Counted from the first letter of the whole stretch, positions 1 to 11,550 are shown. The stretch: DNA of 63,723 bases, filler included, from Aduncisulcus paluster (GCA_024181965.1; 12 parts of 12 records of this genome joined end to end with filler, not necessarily neighbours in it), one strand, 5' to 3'. Numbers and translations: made by a program. The notes: a model not told the origin generated them from the letters alone.

Positions 1-3000
1 AGAGAATTCAAGAGCAGAAACAGGGGAAATGTTAAACAAAGTAACATCACTAACATTGATCATATAGTGAAGACCCTCAGGAGTTGTGACTGGAGCAAAT
101 CCATCAGAGTTAGATATAGAACCAGAATATCCAGCTGCTTCAAATTCAGAGAAATCACATAAAGTCAATTCATACCCAAGATAATAGCACATACCTTTTC
201 TCAACCAGAGAGAAGGAACATGAACTTGATACAAACTCTCACAATCATCGCCATACCAAGCAGAACGACACCCACATGTGATAGCAGAAGCACCCGATTC
301 AAGAACAGGTCTTGTCTCGGAATTACGCTCACATACTTGACAACGAAGAATATCTTCAGTGGCAGTTGCTTCAACACAACTCTCAGTGGCAACATCATAA
401 TAATATCCTTTCCAACATTCAACATCCCAGCGACCAGGATAGACTTCACGGCAGACTTCGTGTGATGCTGAAGTTATGCGCATTGTACAATTACATGTTT
501 GGTCAGAATAGGTAATCGAAATAGCTGAAAAATAGTTTTCTAACTCATCCACCATACCATCAATGTCACAGATGTTGTTGCCACTGATATCAAGAGTAGT
601 GAGAGTATCAGCAGGGATGATATCCTCGGTGATAAAGACGGATACATCGGAGATAGAGTTGTTTGAGAGATCGAGTGAGAGCAGTTTGAATTCTTGTGTG
701 GCTGGATCACCGGAAACAATTGGAGTTAGGTCCAATACATCACTGACTTCACTCAATCCACATCCACTCACAGAGAGAGAAGTAAGACCACTATCAATGG
801 AACCATAACCACTCGTATAACTCACTGCCTTTGCTAAGATCTGAACAACCAGTTTATCATACTCGGCGTTAGAATTGGTATCTTCACTCAAGTCATACCC
901 ATCAATATTGAGGGATGTCAGAGAACTGGCATATTCAAGACCTTGGAGTGTCGTAATCTCGTTCACATCAAAAAGATTAGAGCTATACGTGACAATGTCA
1001 GATAACTTGAGGATGACACTGGTAAGAGAACTTCTCAGGGTAGCAACACTGATGATACCATTACTTTCAATGTCATCGGACGTCAAAAATCCATTGTCTG
1101 CATCAGAGAGGTATGCTCGTATTTCATCGTCATGAACAGTGTAACACTCACCATTATCACCTTCCTTGGCTATGAATGCACACTCTTTAGAATCAACTCC
1201 ATCAAGACTGTTGTACACCTCATTCAGGACAATGGAAGGACATTGGTCTTCTGTTCCAGGATCACAGTAATATTCTCCTGCGACAGCATTAAGGGGGCAG
1301 CTGTTGGGTAGATAGTTTGCCGCTTGATATGTTTCAGCATCTCTGAAGATAGGAAAGATAGAAGTCAGGAATAGCATATAGTCTTCATCGGATTCTGATC
1401 GACACAGGGGAATTACGGAGATATCATACGATGATTCTGCAATATAAACTAATATAAGTTGAATATTCCTATATGTAACAGAAATATCATATATCCGTGG
1501 ATTACCAAAGATAGATAAGGAATACAATCTAGACAAAGTATAAAGACTATTTAAATCATCAATATCCATACTATAGGAATCTGAGGAGAGATAGAAGCCA
1601 AGTTCACCAATCTGTACAAGACTAGAAAAATATTCAACACTTACAACATCAGAGTTCTCAATGCTGAAATGATGCATATTAATTAAATATTGAGCACCTT
1701 CAAAAGAGGAAATCTCGAGATTGGTTTCATTGAAATCTGTGGTGATGGCCCCCATCTCAAATTCAGAAATATCACACAACTTCCCTTCGGAATAGCCAGC
1801 AGTTTCACAGAGGGAAACCCTAAAAGTCTCATCGGGAATATAGAGTTCGTACAATTGATCACAGTCATCTCCATACCAGGCAGATCGACACCCACATGTG
1901 ATGGAAGAATTGCCTTCCTCAAGAACAGGCATCATAGTGGAATGACCCTCACACACTTGACAACGAATGGCATCATCAACGGCGCTAGAGGAAGACACAC
2001 ACGTTGCACTGGCTGTATCGTACACATACCCACTAGCACACGCAGCAACACAGGAACCACTCGCTTTGTCAAGATAGTACCCATGCCAGCACTCAACAGC
2101 CCAGCGACCAGGATACACTTCACGGCACACTTGGTGATCAGCGGAGGACACAGACGCAGAACAATGGCAGGTCTGGTCAGAATATGTCACAGATGAGAGG
2201 GCAGTGAATTTGGCTTGTAACTCACTCACCATTCCATCAATGTCACAGATGTTGTTACCACTGATGTCAAGAGTGGTAAGGATTCCAGCAGGGAAGATAT
2301 CTTCAGTGATGAGCACAGAAACATCAGAGATGGAGTTATCGGAGAGATCGAGGGTGGTCAACTTGAAGGGTTGGGTTATCGGATCACCAGAAGCAATTGG
2401 AGTTAGGTCCAATATATCACTGACTTCAGTTAATCCACATCTGCTGGCATATAAATAGATCAGACCACTATCAACGGAACCATAATCGTTCGTATAACTC
2501 GCTGCCTTTGCTAAGATCTGAATAACCAACTTGTCATACTCGGCGTTAGAATTGGTACCTCCACTCAAGTCATATCCATTAATATTGAGGGATATTAGAG
2601 AACTGGCATACTCAAGACCTTGTAGAGTGGAAATCTCTGAAAGATCAGAAATGATTAAAGAGGAAGAAACAATATCCGAAAGAGATATTAAAGAACATTT
2701 TAGTGCACTACGCATGCTAGCAACACTAATAACGCCATTAGATTCAATATTATTACTTGAAACACAGAAATCTGAGAGGAAAGCTCGTATTTCATCGTCA
2801 TGAACAGTGTAGCACTCACCATTATCACCTTCCTTGGCAATGAATGCACACTCTTTAGAATCAACTCCATCAAGACTGTTGTACACCTCATTCAGGACAA
2901 TGGAAGGACATTGGTCTTCTGTTCCAGAATCACAGTAATAAGGAGTGTTTCCAGGATCATCATTGAGGGGACAGCTATTAGGCAGATAATACTTATCCTT

Positions 3001-5245
3001 ATAAGTCGTGGTTGTATTGTGGATAGGAAAGATAGAAGAAATGAAAGACATATAATCATCATCTGACTCTGAACGACAGAGAGGTATTATTGATACAGAA
3101 TAATCTGTATTTGCAATCATATACCCAACCATTGAAATACTCATGTATAATACAGAAATATCATAAACATTTGAATTTCCATAGATTGCAAAATAGACGA
3201 TTCTATTTAATCCAAAGATAGAATTAATATCATCAATATCAACATCATAAGTGTCATCAGTATGTTGGAAATATAACTGCGTAATCTGGTTTAGACAAGA
3301 AAATGGAACATCAGAAGAGATATCAGTATTCTTAATGAGGAAGTAAGTCGTATTGATCAAACATTCTGATCCTTCTAAACTTGAGAAGGAGGTTTCATAA
3401 ACCAAGATTTGATCGATTCCAGCCATTTCAAACTCAGAAATGTCACACAATGTACCTTCGGCATAGTCTGCAGCTTCACAGACGGAGGTTCTGAAATTAT
3501 CATCGGGAATATAAAGTTGGAATTCATAGGAATCACAGTCATCTCCAGACCAACCAGTTCGACACCCACATGTGATGGAAGAATTGCCTTCCTCAAGAAC
3601 AGGCATCATAGTGGAATGACCCTCACACACTTGACAACGAATGGCATCATCAACGGCGCTAGAGGAAGACACACACGTTGCACTGGCTGTATCGTACACA
3701 TACCCACTAGCACACGCAGCAACACAGGAACCACTCGCTTTGTCAAGATAGTACCCATGCCAGCACTCAACAGCCCAGCGACCAGGATACACTTCACGAC
3801 ACACTTGGTGATCAGCGGAGGACACAGACGCAGAACAATGGCAGGTCTGGTCAGAAATGTCACACAATGTACCTTCGGCATAGTCTGCAGCTTCACAGAC
3901 GGAGGTTCTGAAATTATCATCGGGAATATAAAGTTGGAATTCATAGGAATCACAGTCATCTCCAGACCAACCAGTTCGACACCCACATGTGATGGAAGAA
4001 TTGCCTTCCTCAAGAACAGGCATCATAGTGGAATGACCCTCACACACTTGACAACGAATGGCATCATCAACGGCGCTAGAGGAAGACACACACGTTGCAC
4101 TGGCTGTATCGTACACATACCCACTAGCACACGCAGCAACACAGGAACCACTCGCTTTGTCAAGATAGTACCCATGCCAGCACTCAACAGCCCAGCGACC
4201 AGGATACACTTCACGACACACTTGGTGATCAGCGGAGGACACAGACGCAGAACAATGGCAGGTCTGGTCAGAATATGTCACAGATGAGAGGGCAGTGAAT
4301 TTGGCTTGTAACTCACTCACCATTCCATCAATGTCACAGATGTTGTTACCACTGATATCAAGAGTAGCGAGAGTATCAGCAGGGAAGATATCTTCAGTGA
4401 TGAGCACAGACACATCAGAGATGGCATTGTCAGAGATATCAAGGGTGGTCAACTTGAAGGGTTGTGTGGCTGCATCTTCAGAAACAATTGGAGTTAGGTC
4501 CAATATATCACTGACTTCAGTTAATCCACAACCACTCACAGATAGAGAAGTAAGGCCTGAATCAACAGTTCCTTCAGTAACGGTATAATCCACTGCTTTT
4601 GCTAAGATCTGAACAACCAACTGGTCGTACTCAGCATTAGAATTACTATCTCCACTCAAGTCATATCCATCAAGGGTCAAAGAGGTCAGTGAAGTAGCAT
4701 ACTCAAGACCTTGAAGTGTGGTGAGTTCTGTAACATCAGAGATGTTTGAGCTATAGGAAACAATATCAGAGAGGTCGAGAGAGGAACAGGTAAGAGAACT
4801 CCTCAAGGTAGCAACACTGATGATACCATTGCTTTCAGCGGCACCAACAGTCAAACATCCATTGGTTGATTCAGAGAGGTATGCTCGTATTTCATCGTCA
4901 TGAACAGTGTAGCACTCACCGTTATCACCTTCTTTGGCAATGAATGCACATTCTTTAGAATCAACTCCATCAAGACTGTTGTACACCTCATTCAGGACAA
5001 TGGAAGGACATTGGTCTTCTGTTCCAGAATCACAGTAATAAGGAGTGTTTCCAGGATCATCATTGAGGGGACAGTTATTGGGGAGATAATATTGGTTCAA
5101 ATAAGTTTCATAATCAGAGTGAATTTCAAACACTGAAGTCAAGAATGAAATATAATCGGTATCGATTTCTGAATGACAAAGCGGAATTCTAGCAATATCA
5201 ATAGAAGAATCTGCAGTATCGAATATTGTCATTGCAACATTTCGA
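1..5245. repeat. ~1.67-kb tandem repeat units inside the LRR/Cys-rich gene
   Basis: Anchor ATGAACAGTGTA.CACTCACC at 1132, 2800 and 4900. Spacings are 1668 and 2100 (=1683+417), all multiples of 3. Confidence 0.9.
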
Positions 5246-5277
5246 TAGATGAGAGGGCAGTGAATTTGGCTTGTAAC
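1..5277 (-). CDS. Large LRR + Cys-rich/EGF-like tandem-repeat protein (probably surface or secreted), partial at both ends
   Basis: Manual minus-strand translation gives LLSLDLSNNSISDVS, LTTLDISGNNICDI, TLQGLEYA, CREVYPGRWDVECW and CGCRSAWYGDDC. The frame at 5277 matches the frame at position 3. The ORF track omits it, consistent with no in-frame stop. About 3 units of ~556-561 aa. Confidence 0.85.
3434..4267. repeat. Exact 417-bp in-frame tandem duplication
   Basis: 3434-3850 is repeated at 3851-4267. The same duplication shows in the translation of ORF 3409..4287. Confidence 0.9.
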
Positions 5278-5377
5278 NNNNNNNNNNNNNNNNNNNNNNN
5301 NNNNNNNNNNNNNNNNNNNNNTTAATTAATTAANNNNNNNNNNNNNNNNNNNNNNNNNNNNNNNNNNNNNNNNNNNN
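5278..5377. other. Artificial contig spacer N44-TTAATTAATTAA-N44. Same spacer at 7802-7901, 10926-11025, 13726-13825, 16044-16143, 26193-26292, 43254-43353, 53833-53932, 56590-56689, 58606-58705 and 61268-61367
   Basis: An identical all-frame stop linker sits inside N runs, and genes are cut at these points. Confidence 0.97.
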
Positions 5378-5793
5378 ATGGGCCTTGGGAGTTTTTGAAT
5401 AATCTCCATCATTTCAATATCTATTATTTTGGCAATTCGAAATAGGGATGTCTCTGTAACTGTAGCCTTTTCAATAATATAATCAAAAAATTTAAGTATT
5501 AATTGTTTTTGTGGTTTTAAATTCTCTTTAAGGCACTGAATATGAGAACGTGAGATAATGTGGTCAATTAATGACGAATAAGAGTTTAAAAACTCTCTTT
5601 TACAAAATAAACATTGTATATTAGAATTATTTATAATTTTTAGCTCTGAAGATGTTGTAAAAGATAATATTTCAAGGATGTCTTTTTTGTTCACACCAAG
5701 CGAACCATGAAGAATGGTATAAACTGTTTTGGAACGTCTTTTTCTCATTAAAATGTCTTCTAATTGTTTTGTTTTTAATTTCATTTGTTCCAA
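5378..5793 (-). CDS. Zinc-finger protein (CxxC...H...H), 3'-truncated; possibly the N-terminus of a transposase
   Basis: Motif CLFCKREFLNSYSSLIDHIISRSH. The ORF is very AT-rich and runs into the contig end. Confidence 0.45.
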
Positions 5794-5901
5794 TTATCTT
5801 GGCTTCATAAGGTACGTAGAATATGTAATATTCCTATTACTAATCTGTTTCTATCCATTCTGATAGTTTTTTTCCAATATACATTTTAATGACATATTAT
5901 T

Positions 5902-6984
5902 TTATTTATTTATTATTCTTTTTAACGAGGTCGATATTTTTGAGAAAGCTTGCATAGTAAACATAAGGGAGTCGATCCAGAAATCTCGACGATTCTTCTC
6001 ATCCCACCTTCCTTTCCCTTCAATCTCACACAATACAACGTTATCCAAATCAATAGGAAGGAAATGCCATTCATAGTAATGTTCAGGTTGTGTGAATTCA
6101 TACTTCTTGAATGTCTTCTTACCATCACAATCAGTGAAAGTAAAGAGAAGAGAGGGTGAACTATATAAATTATCCACACAAATATAAACACCTTTCATAG
6201 GACTAGGTGATGGGAAAGGGATGGAAAGATGGGATAAGACAACACCATCTTCCCCTTTTAACATTTCTTGTGCTCTTGAACTCCTATCATACAGCTCAGA
6301 TTCCTTGCTCTTCGAATCATCCTTGCACTTAACCATTGAGAATGAAGGATCTACAAGCTTTGGATCATCTCGTGGAATGGGAATGGAATCTCTACCTTGA
6401 GATTCTCCATCTCCTTCCTTAACAAACTCTGGTTTCACAGCTGGAGCTTCAGACCATAGTTTCTCTCTGGCCTCACAAGCTTTGATTTCTTCAGGAGTTT
6501 CTTTTCTAATAAAAACAAGGGATTCTATTCCAAAATATTGTTTGAATCTTCCTTTCCCTGTAATCTCACACAGAACAACATCAGGGAGATCAACAGGAAG
6601 GAAATACCAATGATAATCTTCAAATTTAGGAAATTTGTATTTCTTGGATGTTTTATCACCCTTTGAAGATGTGAGAGTGAAGATAAGGTGTGATGGTGGG
6701 GAAGTCCAATAATCACCATATAGGCAGATATAAGCCCCTTTCATTGGAGAAGATGAAGAGAAAGGAATGGAGATATGGGTATATTGTCCATCATTATGCT
6801 CCCCTTTCATCATCTTCTGTGCTGTAGAACTCTGATCGTACTTTTCACCTTTTCTCTCTGTTCCATCTATTGCTTTTATCGAAGGAAACTCTACACTTTT
6901 AATATTGGGGGCATCTCTAGGAATTGGACAGCAATAGCAATGTCCTTCAAGAACAAACTCAGGTATACTTTCAGTTGAACCCAT
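5902..6984 (-). CDS. Hypothetical protein with two tandem copies of a ~175-aa domain
   Basis: 360-aa ORF in which PEFV.EG...PIPRD.P, H.SIPF.S.SPMKG.YIC, KKY.F and W.FLP.DL..VVLCEI.GKGR each occur twice. Confidence 0.8.
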   Translation of the reverse strand: MGSTESIPEFVLEGHCYCCPIPRDAPNIKSVEFPSIKAIDGTERKGEKYDQSSTAQKMMKGEHNDGQYTHISIPFSSSSPMKGAYICLYGDYWTSPPSHLIFTLTSSKGDKTSKKYKFPKFEDYHWYFLPVDLPDVVLCEITGKGRFKQYFGIESLVFIRKETPEEIKACEAREKLWSEAPAVKPEFVKEGDGESQGRDSIPIPRDDPKLVDPSFSMVKCKDDSKSKESELYDRSSRAQEMLKGEDGVVLSHLSIPFPSPSPMKGVYICVDNLYSSPSLLFTFTDCDGKKTFKKYEFTQPEHYYEWHFLPIDLDNVVLCEIEGKGRWDEKNRRDFWIDSLMFTMQAFSKISTSLKRIINK

Positions 6985-7116
6985 TTGAATAGGTAGAATT
7001 TCTTATCTAAAAAATAAAATCAAGCAGAATAATAATAGTATTTGTAAACAAACAGAATAATTGCGAATTCCAAGGAGAACAGTCCGAGAAAAAAGACAAA
7101 ACTCGAACACAGACAA

Positions 7117-7191
7117 TTACGAGTAGCCGGGCCGGATGAGCCGGGAACCGGGTCCCGGCTACTCGTAAAAAGTTTCCCGGCTACTCGTAAA
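7117..7191. repeat. GC-rich 15-bp inverted repeat plus one extra direct copy
   Basis: TTACGAGTAGCCGGG at 7117-7131, with its reverse complement CCCGGCTACTCGTAA at 7154-7168 and again at 7176-7190. Confidence 0.85.
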
Positions 7192-7420
7192 TTCCTTTTT
7201 TCTTGGGAAATAAAGATAAATATATAATATAAATACAGAAATTAAAATAATGAATGAGTAATATATAAGAAATATTTAACTAAATATTATTGGCTTGCCT
7301 GTAATAAAGATTTTGACATCAGAATGTTGATGGAGTCCATATTGGTTGACAAGATTAAGACAATTTTGAAAACACCGTAATTATATCAATAATTATTAAT
7401 AGTATTCATAATTTTATTAA

Positions 7421-7777
7421 ATGACAGAATTATTTCTTTCAGATTATTTCGATCGTCATGATATTAAACAAGGTGTGATAAACCTTTGCTTCAAAGAAGC
7501 TAAAGCGACAGGAAATTTATGTTTTTATCATGCCGTGTTAGAATCCCCCTTTCTTGCTCCAAAATGGAGGAAATATTATGCAGTTGAACTTCGAGATCTA
7601 GTCTTGACATATCTCACTGAAAATTGCCAATATTATTTCGGGACTATGAGAGATATGAAAAAAGCTCTAAAAGTTCATTGTGACGAGAGGAAACGTAATG
7701 GCTTTGCAGGTGATCGTGATATATCTGCTCTCAGTAACATCTTGCAACGAATTATAGATTACTCAACGATGGATTGA
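7421..7777 (+). CDS. Hypothetical protein, 118 aa
   Basis: ATG-to-stop ORF after an AT-rich leader; no motif recognised. Confidence 0.4.
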   Translation: MTELFLSDYFDRHDIKQGVINLCFKEAKATGNLCFYHAVLESPFLAPKWRKYYAVELRDLVLTYLTENCQYYFGTMRDMKKALKVHCDERKRNGFAGDRDISALSNILQRIIDYSTMD

Positions 7778-7901
7778 ATCTTATTGATATTGTCTTAGAT
7801 TNNNNNNNNNNNNNNNNNNNNNNNNNNNNNNNNNNNNNNNNNNNNTTAATTAATTAANNNNNNNNNNNNNNNNNNNNNNNNNNNNNNNNNNNNNNNNNNN
7901 N

Positions 7902-9213
7902 CCTCAAATTCTGTTCTATATTTAGCGAACAAAGGAGATGTCACTATTAAAAATCCATAAAATACCTCAATTAATCTATTTTTGGATATTAACTTTGATC
8001 CTCTATTTTCTTCAAAGATGTCTCTCACAGCATTTGAAAATATTGTAAATACCCTTAAGAATAACAATGGATCGGATACCAAGTATATTGGAGCCCGATA
8101 TCTCTCCTCTCCCTTTTCTTCTCCCTTTTCTTCGTCCTTTTCTTCTTCCTTTTCTTCTCCCTTTTCTTCTTCCTTTTCTTGATGATCCATTGTCAATCGA
8201 GGATCTTGATGATCCATTGTCAAGCGAGGAGATAAACATGACCATGTGACATATATATATTGTGATTTATAGCTTAATTCTTTGCATTTATCTCTTGAAA
8301 CTTCTTCATGATGATCTCTATCTTTGGCATAAGAAAAAGAAAGGCCAAGGGAAGCTTCTGAGGAGTGGAGTAAAGAATCCACAACTTCTTTCAATGGTAA
8401 ATATGATATGAAATGAGACATTGGGCTTTCTGACATAAGGTTAAACTCTAACGTTGAATGCTCTTGTAAAGCTTGTTGATGTCTTTGTGGTGAGGAAGAA
8501 AGGAAAGGTTTAATATTTAAAGATTTTAAATAAGAAGAAATAGAAAATGATTTAATATATTTATAATCATCAAAAGAGGATGAGAAACTCAACTTTGGAG
8601 GAGGAAATATTCCAGTTTTCCTTAGTATAGAATATACTTGCTGACGCCTTTGTTTTCTTTCGGCATGTATTCGATAATCATCAATTAAGTCATCATGAAG
8701 GTATTCTCCAATTGAAAATGTTGCAGAATACCTTCTGAATGGACTGATATCATATGCTTTGGGGAAGGAGAAAGGATCAACAGAAATGGCTCTCGAACGA
8801 GCAGCTTTAAGATCTTCAATAGAACGAACTTTATCACGTAGAACATCACCATCACAAATACCTGCTATTATATGACTTGGAATCGGAGAATTGCCGCGAG
8901 CTATCTGAATATTAAGTAAAGATGGTGGCAACTCAAACGAAGGATTTGAAAACCCATATTCGTCTTTATATTCCTTTTTATCGGGATGTAATCTATCATC
9001 AAACGAGTCTTCACCAAACATATCACAAGTGGAAGACGTTACTATTGGAAATACAGGCTCAGAGTCGGCATAACCTTTGAATTTTGTAGAAACCTTATTT
9101 CGTCGGGATTGATAGTATTGAGGAATAATATCAATAGAGCTTTGAGATATATATTGCTTTGTATCCTTCTTGATTCTTTCATACGTATGGAGGTTATGAA
9201 TACCGTGCTCCAT
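7902..9213 (-). CDS. Hypothetical protein, 3'-truncated
   Basis: >430-codon ORF with a short duplicated PRLTMDHQ and EEKG-type repeats; runs into the spacer. Confidence 0.7.
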
Positions 9214-9638
9214 TTCAAAATGAACACAATAAGTATTAAGATATTATAATAAAACAAAAGAATTAACAGAAATAATTTGAAAATAAGTTTAAAAAGTTAG
9301 ATAGCGTCGACAAATCCATTTTTATTATTTCCATGATGAAACTCTCTTTATTATCAAACATTTCTCCTCGATAAAATATATAATTCTATCAATTATTTTA
9401 CTATTATTATGGCCATGTTGCTAAATCGAAAACTGGAGCGCCAAAAGAATCATTTCTGTGCAGACTCGTTGTTGCCAAACAACATTGATGAACAAATCGA
9501 AAATAAAAAAAATCGAGAGAATACAATTTAGTATTAGTTTAATATATCATGAATCTCGCTAAGAAACGTGCAGAGAGATTAAAAAGAACAAACAAGGATA
9601 AAAAAAGACTTATTATTATTATTATTATTGTTATTATT

Positions 9639-10775
9639 TTATCCTAATGTTCTAGAATGTCCCTTAAAATACCCACCTGATCTCCTTGATCCTGAATTAC
9701 CACCTCCACCAGAAGAATGATGACTATCACCAACAGGAGGTTGTCTCTCAACAGTATGTGCAGGAGTAGTGAGCTGTGGTTGTCTTCTTTGAGTAGAGCC
9801 ACCACCAGATGCCCTTCCGAACCTATCAGAACTCCCAGAGCCCGAATAAGAACCTTGAGAAACTCCACTCATCATCAAATCCATCAGCCCAGCATTATGA
9901 CTGGGAGCCTCGCCCCCATCCTGCGTCTTGCAACAAGAGAATCCACCCCCACCGGGGCATGTCTTGAGATCGAGGGTAGCAGACGAAGAGGAAACATAAT
10001 GGGTTCCAGGAGGTCCCTCAGCACACTTCTTGCAACAACAAGATTCCATGGACGCAGCAGTATCGTGGGAAATGGATAACCAACCAATTCGTCCACTGTA
10101 GGCAAGCAGAGCAAGCAAAAATCCAGTGAGATTGAAGAAAACACAAGTGTTCCAGCAGACCATTTGAGTAAACAGGTAAATAATCAACAAGTAGATCCAA
10201 ACTGGCATTGGAAAACAACAGAATATTATCTTATATGTCCCGGTGTAAGCAAAAGAAGCCCCCTGACACACTAATAATGCAGCAAGAGGACTTCCGATTC
10301 CTTCATCATATGGAACAGTCCAGGCATTCCGGAGAAGATAGGCAAAAAGGGTATCAACTACAATGCAAATGAGCCATGACATATGAAAAACGTGGATAAA
10401 ACGGATAGTTCCGACAAGCCTTTCGAACATATACCCACTTGAAAACAAAAGCATGATAGAATATATAAACAGGCCAAAATTTGGATAACCTCTCCCATAA
10501 TCTGGGAAAAGAAATATTGATGTCCATATTCTCCATAATTGTAAGTGTTCAAAGGCCAGAGGAGGATTGAATAGTAACCAATTAGATACACTGCTGAAAA
10601 ATGATAGAATAAACCCAACCATGATCGCAATAAAAAATATAAGAACGGACAATGGCATAAATTTCCAGAAAACGGAACAGCACTGCCCGCAACTCGGCAT
10701 ATCAGGATTAGCTCCATATCCAGCCCCACCATATTCGGGCTGGTTGCGTATTTCACCCATAGTATGAATCGGCAT
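9639..10775 (-). CDS. Rhomboid-superfamily membrane protein, probably catalytically inactive
   Basis: Several transmembrane segments, LWRIWTSIF (WR motif) and FERLVGTIRF, followed by a Cys-rich and then Gly/Ser-rich tail. Confidence 0.75.
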   Translation of the reverse strand: MPIHTMGEIRNQPEYGGAGYGANPDMPSCGQCCSVFWKFMPLSVLIFFIAIMVGFILSFFSSVSNWLLFNPPLAFEHLQLWRIWTSIFLFPDYGRGYPNFGLFIYSIMLLFSSGYMFERLVGTIRFIHVFHMSWLICIVVDTLFAYLLRNAWTVPYDEGIGSPLAALLVCQGASFAYTGTYKIIFCCFPMPVWIYLLIIYLFTQMVCWNTCVFFNLTGFLLALLAYSGRIGWLSISHDTAASMESCCCKKCAEGPPGTHYVSSSSATLDLKTCPGGGGFSCCKTQDGGEAPSHNAGLMDLMMSGVSQGSYSGSGSSDRFGRASGGGSTQRRQPQLTTPAHTVERQPPVGDSHHSSGGGGNSGSRRSGGYFKGHSRTLG

Positions 10776-11146
10776 CTTATAATAAAATTATTTCTTTGTT
10801 AAAATGTTTTCTAACTTTTTGTAATCGAAGAAAAAACCTCCAATCAGCAAACCGAACCGAAAAAAGAGAATACCTTCGCATTCCAGATTTAAACAATAAT
10901 ATTTTTTTGTGGTCAATCAATTATANNNNNNNNNNNNNNNNNNNNNNNNNNNNNNNNNNNNNNNNNNNNTTAATTAATTAANNNNNNNNNNNNNNNNNNN
11001 NNNNNNNNNNNNNNNNNNNNNNNNNACTCTAATGCCAGATCCTGATTACATTATATATTTAATACTGAGATTTGTGCTCTGTGTTTATTGTCTTTGGAAT
11101 GTGGGGCATCTGTCATCTGTCATCTGTCAAAGTTATACCAAAGAAT

Positions 11147-11550
11147 CCATGTCTGGAAGCCCGAGTGGAAATATCTTGACATCGTCCTCCCCATGGTTGA
11201 TAAACTCCTTGAGGGTCATCCTTCCCTTGTCCATGCCAAGAGGGGAGTTCCTGGACTGGACGAAGAAGTTTGTGGAAGTCTGTCCATGAAGCCCGTCACA
11301 TCGCCCTCTCCCTTGTCGGTGAATCTCTTTTATACCCTCAAATCAATGAACTGATCCTCGAGCTACACCGCAGAAAGTTGAGCACATTCCTCGTTTCGAA
11401 CTCCCAGCTCCCCGAGAAACTCAAGGCCATGCCCCCCCCTGTCACCCAGTTGTACCTCTCTGTTGACGCTGCTGACCCGGACACATTAGCCGAAATCGAC
11501 CGTCCTTATGTCGGCAAAACTGACGCCTGGCGCCGATTGAACGAGAGTTC
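11147..11550 (+). pseudogene. TYW1: Internal fragment of the radical-SAM tRNA wybutosine synthase TYW1, frameshifted
   Basis: KRGVPGLDEE in one frame, then RHIALSLVGESLLYPQINELI..LHRRKLSTFLVSNSQLPE..PVTQLYLSVDA..L..IDRP in another. The shift is near 11268 and the flanks are unrelated. Confidence 0.7.

Noticed and set aside
201-5136. Many short ORFs on both strands over the repeat array (also at 61376-63640)
   Set aside because: They are shadow frames of the long stop-free LRR/Cys-rich ORFs.
5247-5277. Last ~30 nt copy 2191-2221 in a different frame
   Set aside because: Most likely a mis-extension at the tip of a repetitive contig.
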